Assembly (NCBI GenBank): GCA_009777725.1
Contig: WRLG01000011.1
Location: 6,807-70,806 of the forward strand
Source of the DNA: Oscillospiraceae bacterium
GTDB lineage: Bacteria > Bacillota > Clostridia > Oscillospirales > Ruminococcaceae
Direction: 5' to 3'
DNA length: 64,000 bases
The notes under the pieces are model-generated. The model saw nothing but the letters and a program-made list of their open reading frames with translations. It did no database searches and was not told the DNA's origin. The translations under genes and the position numbers were made by a program. Of the stretch, positions 29,510-38,024 are shown piece by piece; the stretch's first letter is position 1; the number at the start of each line of letters is the position of its first letter.

Positions 29510-31246
29510 TCAGAAACCCAAAATTTTCTGAAAATCAGCCGATATTTTTTCCTCCAAAGCGGCGGCTTCATCTCTTGTTTTACCCGTTGTACTGTAGTAG
29601 GCTTTGATTTTAGGCTCTGTACCCGAAGGGCGGAGCACCACCGAAGCATTGTCGGTAAGGGTAAACTTCAATACGTCCGATTTGGGAAGTGTGAGCATTG
29701 TCTTTTCGCCGGAAGCCATGTCAATGGTAACGCTCTCCAGATAATCGTCAAGGCTGTTCGTTTGAAGCCCGCCGATTGACTTAGGCGGCTCTTCCCTCAG
29801 CATGGTCATAAGCTCGTTCATCTTCTGCATACCCTCCTTACCCTCGCAGGTAAAGGATTTTTGGGTATGATAGTAAACGCCGTATTTTTCATACATATTC
29901 TCTCTTGCTTGGCAAAGAGATATGCCCTTTGTTTTATAATAAGCCGCCATTTCGCAAATTAACATAGAGCCGACAACTGCGTCTTTATCGCGGACATAAG
30001 TACCCGCCAGATAACCGTAGCTCTCTTCAAAGCCGAAAATATATCTGTCTTGCTGACCTTCGCCCTCCAAAAAGCCGATTTGCTCCCCTATAAACTTAAA
30101 GCCCGTCAGAACATCGACAACCTTAACGCCGTACTCCTTGGCAATAGCATCGATAATACCGGTGGTTACTATCGTTTTAACCGTTACGGGCTCTTCCGGC
30201 ATACTGCCCGCCTTTGTCCGCTCGGAGCAGATATACTCCAAAAGCATAGCCCCAACCTCGTTGCCCGAAAAGAGCACATAACTGCCATCTTTAGACGGAG
30301 CGGCGATTCCCACCCTGTCCGCGTCCGGGTCCGTTGCTAAAAGCAGGTCCGGCTTTACCGTTTCGCAAAGCTTTAATCCTAAATCCAAAGCTTCCTTGAT
30401 TTCCGGGTTAGGGAAAGGACAGGTTGTAAAATGCCCGTTGGGATATTCCTGCTCGGGCACTACCGTAACCTCGGTTACGCCTATCTTCGCCAGAATTGAA
30501 CGGACAGGCTTGTTCCCCGCGCCGTTAAGCGGCGTGTAAACAACCTTGACCCCGCTTGCCGGCACTAAATCGGAATGTAAGCCTTGCTTGGCAACCTCGT
30601 CAAGGTAGGAGTCAACCACCTCTTGACCGATATATTTAATCCTGCCGTCCCTCACGCCCTCGTCAAAGGGTATCACCTTAGCTCCGTCAAACATAGATAC
30701 TTTGGATACATTTTTTATTACAATCTCACTGGCGGTAAGCGAAAGCTGACAGCCGTCCGACCCGTAAGCCTTATAGCCGTTATATTTAGACGGGTTATGG
30801 CTCGCGGTAACGACAACGCCCCCGCTGCACTTCAAAGCCCTTACGGCGTAAGAAAGCATAGGCGTAGGCATAAGCTCGCTGTATATATGGACAGTTATGC
30901 CGTTAGCGGCAAAGACACAAGCGGCTTCTTTAGCAAAAACATCCGATTTGATTCTGCTGTCATAAGCTATCGCTACAGAGGGTGAAGCCGGAAACAGAGC
31001 GTTAATATAATCGGCAAAGCCCTGCGTTGCGCGGCGCACCGTATATACGTTCATCCTGTTAGAACCCGCTCCGATTACCCCGCGCAAGCCCCCCGTACCA
31101 AATTCAAGCTCACGATAGAACCTGTCGGTGATAGCATCGTCATCGCCTTTAACACTCTCCAGCTCCGCCTTTAAATCGGGGTCGTCAACAGCTTTTTCAA
31201 GCCAAAGACCGTACAGCTCCATTTTATCCATAACCCAAAACCTCAT
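29510..31246 (-). CDS. phosphoglucomutase / phosphomannomutase family protein
   Basis: Active-site TASHNPSKYNGYK and Mg loop DPDADR. Confidence 0.85.
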   Translation of the reverse strand: MRFWVMDKMELYGLWLEKAVDDPDLKAELESVKGDDDAITDRFYRELEFGTGGLRGVIGAGSNRMNVYTVRRATQGFADYINALFPASPSVAIAYDSRIKSDVFAKEAACVFAANGITVHIYSELMPTPMLSYAVRALKCSGGVVVTASHNPSKYNGYKAYGSDGCQLSLTASEIVIKNVSKVSMFDGAKVIPFDEGVRDGRIKYIGQEVVDSYLDEVAKQGLHSDLVPASGVKVVYTPLNGAGNKPVRSILAKIGVTEVTVVPEQEYPNGHFTTCPFPNPEIKEALDLGLKLCETVKPDLLLATDPDADRVGIAAPSKDGSYVLFSGNEVGAMLLEYICSERTKAGSMPEEPVTVKTIVTTGIIDAIAKEYGVKVVDVLTGFKFIGEQIGFLEGEGQQDRYIFGFEESYGYLAGTYVRDKDAVVGSMLICEMAAYYKTKGISLCQARENMYEKYGVYYHTQKSFTCEGKEGMQKMNELMTMLREEPPKSIGGLQTNSLDDYLESVTIDMASGEKTMLTLPKSDVLKFTLTDNASVVLRPSGTEPKIKAYYSTTGKTRDEAAALEEKISADFQKILGF

Positions 31247-31257
31247 TTCACGTAATA

Positions 31258-32331
31258 TTATTTATTGAATATATTAAATAAATCCGAATAGTCGTTCTCC
31301 TGCTGTTTAACCGCTCCCACTTCGGCAACAAGCTCATCCGCTTTAATGACATTGCCGCTCACGCCATCGGCGAACCCGGTTGCTATAACCGTAACTCTCA
31401 TCTCATCCTTCATGTCAGGGTCAAAGGACGTACCGAATATCACGTTTACGCTTGGGTCGGCGGCACTCGAAATCAAATCGGTGAAATCCCCGACATCCGT
31501 AGCAAGAACATCTTCCGACATCAATATGTTAACCAAAAGCCTTGTAGCTCCCTTAATCGATGTTTCAAGAAGCGGGCTGGATATAACCATATCAACGGCT
31601 TCCTTAGCCTTATCCTTGCCCGAGCCGTATCCAATCGCCATATGGGCGTAGCCCGCGCCTTTCATGGTGGTTTCAACATCGGCAAAGTCAAGGTTGATTT
31701 TACCTTCATGAATGACAAGGTCGGCTATTGATTTTACGCCGGTCATAAGAATCTCGTCCGAGCGGGCGAAAGATTCTATCATGGTCAGCGGCTTGTCAAG
31801 CCCCGTGAGCAGACGCTCGTTGGGAATCACCACCAGCGAATCAACGTGCTTAATCAGCTCCTCTATCCCCTTTTCCGCCTGTCTCATCTTCGCTGACTGT
31901 TCAAAATGAAAAGGCTTGGTGACAACGGCAACGGTAAGTATGTCAAGCTCCTGCGCCACCTCGGCTACAATCGGAGCTGCCCCGGTGCCTGTTCCTCCCC
32001 CCATTCCCGCAGCGATAAACACCATCTGCGCCCCTTTGAGCGCGGTGGTAATCTCATCTCGGTTTTCCTGCGCGGAACGCTCGCCTATATCGGGTCTGTT
32101 CCCCGCGCCGCGCCCCCTTGTCAGTTTTTCACCGATTTGCACCTTATGAGCCGCCCTGCTGGAACGCAAAGCCGCCGCATCGGTGTTAATAGCAATATAT
32201 TCCACATCGTTAAACCCGGAGTTGACCATACAATTAAGCGCGTTTCCCCCTCCGCCGCCAACGCCTGCTACCTTAATTACCACCTCGGGGATAAAATTAT
32301 CGTAAGCCTCGTTATCAACTTGAAATCCCAT
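31258..32331 (-). CDS. ftsZ: cell division protein FtsZ
   Basis: GVGGGGGNA and GGGTGTGAAPIVA tubulin signature. ATG at 32331 (MGFQVDNE...) is preferred over the track start. Confidence 0.95.
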   Translation of the reverse strand: MGFQVDNEAYDNFIPEVVIKVAGVGGGGGNALNCMVNSGFNDVEYIAINTDAAALRSSRAAHKVQIGEKLTRGRGAGNRPDIGERSAQENRDEITTALKGAQMVFIAAGMGGGTGTGAAPIVAEVAQELDILTVAVVTKPFHFEQSAKMRQAEKGIEELIKHVDSLVVIPNERLLTGLDKPLTMIESFARSDEILMTGVKSIADLVIHEGKINLDFADVETTMKGAGYAHMAIGYGSGKDKAKEAVDMVISSPLLETSIKGATRLLVNILMSEDVLATDVGDFTDLISSAADPSVNVIFGTSFDPDMKDEMRVTVIATGFADGVSGNVIKADELVAEVGAVKQQENDYSDLFNIFNK

Positions 32332-32438
32332 TTTTTCCCATTCCTTTCGCACACACCCAAGATTTCGCAAAAGCGCACAGATATATTTTACCATACCGCT
32401 TTTAATTTTTCAAGTGGTTTTTGAAATTATTTTAAACT

Positions 32439-33311
32439 TTATTCAAAATTTTCCGAATCATTACCATTTTCTGCCGCAATTATGCTTGAAGAAAGCACTT
32501 CTTCCCTCTTTAGCCTGTCTAAATTTTGGAGATACGTTTCTTGATTGCGTATAATCCCGTCCCTGCTGATGAAAGACGCGCTTTCGGAATGAAAGGTAAG
32601 CGTCCCCTCCTCGTCCGCGCCGATGTTCAGCCTTATAATCCTGTCGGCATACCTAAGCTTATAGTCGATTTCGGCAACCGAGCCTAAAACTATCGAAATC
32701 CTGTCTTCAAAATTGCAGATTACCTTAAGCCTGTCGGTCACGTCAATGCTCTTTATACTGTCTGCAAGGACACTTTCCTTGGTTTTTTCGAGAAGCTCAA
32801 AGATATTCTCGGTTTTCCTCTCGTCCTCCGACTCAAACAGAACCCCTCTTTTGAGCCAAGGAGCAGCATCCGTTCCGTAAAATGTAATTAAAGAATTGTT
32901 AAAGCCCTCGTTTGATATGTCCAGAATTTTCCCTTCGGCACTTGTCAGATACCAAACTCCGTCATGCTCCATATTAGCCTTTTCCTCAGCGGGAGCAACG
33001 GTTATCCTTACCGTGGAGGGAAAAACCCTGCGAACCTCTGCGGTTTCTATATAAACAAGCTCTCCTGTTATCATCTCCGAGCATTTTTTCATATTTTTCC
33101 TTACAAGGTTGTCCCCGCTTTTCAAGCCGCTTGCGGCTACAATTTCGTCAGCCGTATATATTGACGTCCCGCGTATGGAAACAGAGTTGATTTTAAAAAA
33201 TACGGTTACCGATAAAATACCGAATATAGTAAAAGCGATAAACGCGATAACCGAATATTGAAGCGAATAGCTCCCGCCCCGCCGTCTTTTCTTTCTTTTT
33301 TCGGCAGCCAT
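32439..33311 (-). CDS. ftsQ: cell division protein FtsQ/DivIB (POTRA)
   Basis: Basic N-terminus, single TM helix and a POTRA-like VSIRGTSIYTADEIVAASGLKSGDNL. Position is upstream of ftsZ. Confidence 0.75.
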   Translation of the reverse strand: MAAEKRKKRRRGGSYSLQYSVIAFIAFTIFGILSVTVFFKINSVSIRGTSIYTADEIVAASGLKSGDNLVRKNMKKCSEMITGELVYIETAEVRRVFPSTVRITVAPAEEKANMEHDGVWYLTSAEGKILDISNEGFNNSLITFYGTDAAPWLKRGVLFESEDERKTENIFELLEKTKESVLADSIKSIDVTDRLKVICNFEDRISIVLGSVAEIDYKLRYADRIIRLNIGADEEGTLTFHSESASFISRDGIIRNQETYLQNLDRLKREEVLSSSIIAAENGNDSENFE

Positions 33312-33698
33312 TTTTAATTCCCCTTTCCTCCTTTATGTCTTAATATAATTATTGCATATTTTAAACAAAATTTCAAGGGTATTTTTGTCGTTTGTTTCCA
33401 CTTTGTTTATTTTACACAATAATAGTTCCGATTGATTTGCATTTCTTTGATATATTTACTTAACTTTTCAATTTATTAAACCTCCCTAAAGCTATTTATT
33501 GGCAAATTTTTGAAAAGAGCGGGCTTGCCTAATGCCGGGCGTTAAAAAAACGCAAAAGGCATAATAACCGAGTTAAAATCAAGTGAGCAGAACATTATTG
33601 TGCAACATGCACAATAAACCCTGCGATAATTTTCCATTTAAACATACTAGAAAAAGGCAGTAAAATCTGCTATAATTAATAAGAGTAAGGGATTTGGA

Positions 33699-33785
33699 TA
33701 ATGAACAATGAACAATGAAATTGTTCATTAGCTAATTACAATTGTTAACTGTTAACTGTTAATTGTTAATTGTTAATTGTTAAAA
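33699..33785. repeat. intergenic heptamer repeat, best-developed locus
   Basis: Hairpin TGAACAATGAAATTGTTCA (33709-33727), followed by six head-to-tail units GTTAACT GTTAACT GTTAATT GTTAATT GTTAATT GTTAAAA (33744-33785). Confidence 0.75.
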
Positions 33786-33824
33786 ACTCCCTTGACTACT
33801 ATTTTGAAAGGGTTGGTAAGAACT

Positions 33825-36464
33825 ATGGCAAAAAAATTCGTCTATTTGTTTTCAGAGGGCGACGGAAAAAACAAGGAGCTTTTCGGCGGAAAGGGAGCAA
33901 ACCTTTCCGAGATGACAAAGCTGGGTCTCCCCGTACCCCAAGGCTTCATTATTTCTACCGAGGCTTGCACGCAGTATTACGAGGACGGCGAGAAAATCAA
34001 CGACTCGATTATGGCTGAAATCATGGAAAACATTACAAAGATGGAAGGAATTACAGGCAAGAAATTCGGCGATTTGGACAATCCCCTGCTTGTTTCCGTC
34101 CGCTCCGGCTCGCGCGCTTCAATGCCGGGCATGATGGACACCATCCTTAATCTGGGGTTAAACGATGAAGTAGTTGAGGCTTTCGCTAAGAAAACCAATA
34201 ACCCGAGGTTCGCCTATGACTCTTACCGCCGCTTTATCCAAATGTATTCCGACGTTGTTATGGAAGTGGGCAAAAAATACTTTGAAGAATTGATTGACAA
34301 GATGAAGGAAGAAAAAGGCGTTAAGCTTGATACTGAGCTTACGGCGGACAACCTAAAGGAGCTTGCCAACCAATTTAAAGCCGAATATAAGGCTAAAATC
34401 GGAAGCGATTTCCCTGCTGACGCTAAAGAACAGCTTATGGGCGCGGTTAAAGCCGTATTCCGTTCATGGAATAACGAGCGCGCGATTATCTACCGCCGTA
34501 TGAATGACATACCCGGCTCTTGGGGAACTGCCGTAAACGTGCAGGCTATGGTATTCGGCAATATGGGCGATACTTCCGGCACGGGCGTAGCATTCTCACG
34601 TAACCCATCTACAGGCGAGAAGAAGCTTTACGGCGAATTCTTGCTCAACGCGCAAGGCGAGGACGTTGTTGCCGGAATCAGAACGCCCCGCCCCATCAGC
34701 GAGCTTCAGGACGCCATGCCGGAGGTCTACAACAGGTTTGTAGAAATAGTAAACCAGCTTGAAAAGCATTATAAAGATATGCAGGATATGGAGTTTACAA
34801 TTGAAGATAAAACTCTGTATATGCTTCAAACCAGAAACGGTAAAAGAACGGCAGCCGCCGCTCTTAAAATCGCCTGCGATTTAGTAGACGAAGGCATGAT
34901 TGACGAAAAACAAGCCGTTTGCATGATTGACCCGAAACAGCTTGACGCGCTGTTGCACCCGCAATTCGATGCGGCGGCTCTGAAAGCGGCTAAGCCTGTC
35001 GGAGCGGGTCTGGCGGCTTCGCCCGGTGCGGCTTGCGGTAAGGCTGTATTTAGCTCTGAAGATGCTGTTGCTATGGGCGAAAAGGGCGAAAGCGTAATAT
35101 TAGTCCGCCTTGAAACCTCGCCTGAAGATATTGAGGGTATGCACTACTCCAAGGGTATTCTTACCGTTCGCGGCGGTATGACCTCCCACGCGGCAGTTGT
35201 TGCGCGCGGAATGGGTACTTGCTGTGTTGCAGGTTGCGGAGATGTAAAAATCAACGAAGCCGCTAAAACCTTTGAGCTGGGCGGCAAGACCTTTAAAGAG
35301 GGCGATTATATCTCACTTGACGGCTCTACAGGTAAGGTTTACGGCGAAACAATCGCAACCGTTGAAGCTACAATCGGCGGCGAATTCGGCAGGATTATGG
35401 CTTGGGCTGATAAACACAGAAAATTAAAGGTAAGAACTAACGCAGACGCTCCCGCCGATGCTAAAAAAGCACGCGAATTCGGCGCGGAGGGTATTGGTCT
35501 TTGCCGCACCGAGCATATGTTCTTCGAGCCGGACAGGATTTCCGCATTCAGAGAAATGATATGCGCCGACACGGTTGCCGAGAGAGAAAAGGCTCTTGCA
35601 AAACTCGAACCCATGCAGCAAGCAGACTTTGAGGGGCTTTACGAAGCAATGGAAAGCTACGGCGTTACCATTCGTTTCTTAGACCCGCCGCTTCATGAAT
35701 TTGTTCCTACAGAGAGCAAGGATATTGAAGCACTCGCTAAGAGCGTAGGCAAAACAGCGGCTGATATTAAAGCTATTATCACTTCACTCCACGAGTTTAA
35801 CCCAATGATGGGTCATCGCGGATGCCGCCTTGCCGTAACTTACCCCGAAATAGCGGCTATGCAGACCAGAGCGGTTATTAAGGCAGCTATAGCTGTATCA
35901 AAACGCCGCCCCGACTTGAATATCGTTCCCGAAATTATGATTCCGCTTGTAGGCGAGGTTAAAGAGCTTCTATTTGTTAAGAAAACTGTTGTTGAAGCCG
36001 CTGACAAAGTAATTGCCGATGCGGGCGTTAACCTCAAATACATGGTAGGAACTATGATTGAGATTCCCAGAGCCGCTCTTACGGCTGACGCTGTTGCGAA
36101 AGAAGCTGACTTCTTCTCATTCGGAACAAATGACTTAACCCAAATGACCTTCGGCTTCTCACGCGATGACGCGGGCAAATTCTTAGATGCTTACTACAAA
36201 GAGCAAATCTATGAATCCGACCCGTTTGCGCGCCTTGACCAAACAGGCGTAGGCAAGCTTGTTAAGATGGCTGTAGAACTGGGCAGACAAGGCAACCCGA
36301 ACCTCAAACTCGGAATATGCGGCGAACACGGCGGCGACCCATCGTCCGTAGCATTCTGCCATAATGTAGGGCTTGATTATGTTTCATGCTCACCTTTCAG
36401 AGTACCGATTGCAAGGCTTGCGGCGGCGCAGGCGGCAATTATGGGCGCGGGCAGTTTTGGGTAA
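33825..36464 (+). CDS. ppdK: pyruvate, phosphate dikinase
   Basis: MAKKFVYLFSEGDGKNKELFGGKGANL; phospho-His loop GGMTSHAAVVARGMG; ICGEHGGDP. ATG at 33825. Confidence 0.95.
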   Translation: MAKKFVYLFSEGDGKNKELFGGKGANLSEMTKLGLPVPQGFIISTEACTQYYEDGEKINDSIMAEIMENITKMEGITGKKFGDLDNPLLVSVRSGSRASMPGMMDTILNLGLNDEVVEAFAKKTNNPRFAYDSYRRFIQMYSDVVMEVGKKYFEELIDKMKEEKGVKLDTELTADNLKELANQFKAEYKAKIGSDFPADAKEQLMGAVKAVFRSWNNERAIIYRRMNDIPGSWGTAVNVQAMVFGNMGDTSGTGVAFSRNPSTGEKKLYGEFLLNAQGEDVVAGIRTPRPISELQDAMPEVYNRFVEIVNQLEKHYKDMQDMEFTIEDKTLYMLQTRNGKRTAAAALKIACDLVDEGMIDEKQAVCMIDPKQLDALLHPQFDAAALKAAKPVGAGLAASPGAACGKAVFSSEDAVAMGEKGESVILVRLETSPEDIEGMHYSKGILTVRGGMTSHAAVVARGMGTCCVAGCGDVKINEAAKTFELGGKTFKEGDYISLDGSTGKVYGETIATVEATIGGEFGRIMAWADKHRKLKVRTNADAPADAKKAREFGAEGIGLCRTEHMFFEPDRISAFREMICADTVAEREKALAKLEPMQQADFEGLYEAMESYGVTIRFLDPPLHEFVPTESKDIEALAKSVGKTAADIKAIITSLHEFNPMMGHRGCRLAVTYPEIAAMQTRAVIKAAIAVSKRRPDLNIVPEIMIPLVGEVKELLFVKKTVVEAADKVIADAGVNLKYMVGTMIEIPRAALTADAVAKEADFFSFGTNDLTQMTFGFSRDDAGKFLDAYYKEQIYESDPFARLDQTGVGKLVKMAVELGRQGNPNLKLGICGEHGGDPSSVAFCHNVGLDYVSCSPFRVPIARLAAAQAAIMGAGSFG

Positions 36465-36465
36465 T

Positions 36466-36533
36466 CAACAATTAATAATTAACAGTTAACAATGAACAAT
36501 TATAATTAACTAATTAATAATTTAATTGTTAAC
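36466..36533. repeat. intergenic heptamer repeat (AACAATT family)
   Basis: CAACAATTAATAATTAACAGTTAACAATGAACAATTATAATTAACTAATTAATAATTTAATTGTTAACC. Confidence 0.65.
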
Positions 36534-36541
36534 CTTAAATT

Positions 36542-36585
36542 AAAGCTGAACGGCGGTAATTTTATTTACCGCCGTTCAGCTTTTT
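36542..36585 (+). terminator. rho-independent terminator of ppdK
   Basis: Perfect 18-bp stem AAAGCTGAACGGCGGTAA / TTACCGCCGTTCAGCTTT, followed by T-rich sequence (TTAATTGTTG). Confidence 0.8.
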
Positions 36586-36753
36586 AATTGTTGTATGCCG
36601 ACATATTTCGACATGTATTTTTTTTAAAAAGTAGTAAAATATATATGTAGATAAATACAGTATAAATCATTTTTAATCGACAATAATAAATAAAACAATG
36701 CTGTCAACCTATGATAGTTTAAAATATTTATTCAAAAAAAAGGATGCGGACGA

Positions 36754-38013
36754 ATGAGGAAGTATATCAAAGCGGGGGCAATTTTAATAAATGCTCTGAT
36801 TATAGGGCTGCTGCTGCTAATCCTTTATTATAATCATACCCTTCCTAACAATTATTATGTCACCGCCGGCTCGGAGCTACGCTTAACCGGCGTTTTTGAA
36901 GCCGTTCGATGTGTAGGGGACGTTTCCGCGGCAAAGCAAGCGGCGGCTTATTCAAGCTCCGCCGACGGCATATCATCGCATAAGGCAGAGCTTAGGTTGT
37001 TGGGCATTATTCCCATAAAAACCATAAACATACGCGAGGTAAAAGAACCCGTTTTAATCCCCTGCGGCGAACCCTTCGGAATTAAACTGCTTACAGACGG
37101 GGTAGTGGTCGTTGAGGTAAGCGGATTTTATTCGGACGGCGGCTTCGTCTCCCCTGCGGCTACGGCGGGGATAAGGGTAGGCGATATAATCAAATACGCG
37201 GGCGGGCAGCGGGTATCCTCAAACGAGGAAATTGAAGCTATCATGTCCCAAAGCGGAGGACAAGCCGTCTCCGTTAATCTGGAGCGCGAGGAAAAAGCCT
37301 TTGAAGCGACTGTTTACCCCGCCCTTTGCAAGCCGGACGACAGCTACCGCGCCGGCATGTGGGTTCGCGACAGTTCCGCCGGAATCGGCACAATTACGTT
37401 TTACAACCCCAATACAGGTATGTTCGCCGGGCTGGGGCATCCCGTCTGCGATGTTGATACGGGAAAAATTATGCCGCTCCGCTCGGGTGAGGTGATTAAA
37501 GTTATGATAAACGGGGTAAAAAAAGGAAAATCCGGCGCGCCGGGTGAGCTTGCAGGTATGTTCATTTCGGATAACCCCATCGGAATACTGGGGCGCAACA
37601 GCAAAGGCGGTCTGTTCGGGCATATGAACAACGGCTTCAACCCGTCCAATCAAGGCTTGCCTTTAGGGATGAGGCAAGAGATTGAAACGGGCGAAGCGTA
37701 TATATATTCAACCGTCAAGGGTACAGCCCCGTCTATGTATAAAATCATAATAGAAAAAATTGATTTCAGTGACTCGGATAACGGCAAAAATATGATTATC
37801 CGCGTAATAGATGAGGAGCTTTTAGCAATTTCCGGCGGTATCGTTCAAGGCATGAGCGGAAGCCCCATCGTGCAGAACGGAAAGCTGGTCGGCGCGGTTA
37901 CGCACGTTTTTATCAACAATCCCGCCAAGGGCTACGCTATTTTCGCCGATTATATGTACGATGAATCGCTTAAAGCCCAAGCTGATTTGTTTGCACTTGA
38001 TGATGCGGCATAG
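36754..38013 (+). CDS. spoIVB: SpoIVB peptidase (S55)
   Basis: N-terminal TM helix, PDZ segment (GIRVGDII) and serine-protease motif GMSGSPIVQNGKLVGAVTHVF. Confidence 0.85.
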   Translation: MRKYIKAGAILINALIIGLLLLILYYNHTLPNNYYVTAGSELRLTGVFEAVRCVGDVSAAKQAAAYSSSADGISSHKAELRLLGIIPIKTINIREVKEPVLIPCGEPFGIKLLTDGVVVVEVSGFYSDGGFVSPAATAGIRVGDIIKYAGGQRVSSNEEIEAIMSQSGGQAVSVNLEREEKAFEATVYPALCKPDDSYRAGMWVRDSSAGIGTITFYNPNTGMFAGLGHPVCDVDTGKIMPLRSGEVIKVMINGVKKGKSGAPGELAGMFISDNPIGILGRNSKGGLFGHMNNGFNPSNQGLPLGMRQEIETGEAYIYSTVKGTAPSMYKIIIEKIDFSDSDNGKNMIIRVIDEELLAISGGIVQGMSGSPIVQNGKLVGAVTHVFINNPAKGYAIFADYMYDESLKAQADLFALDDAA

Positions 38014-38024
38014 ATTTTCGTAGG

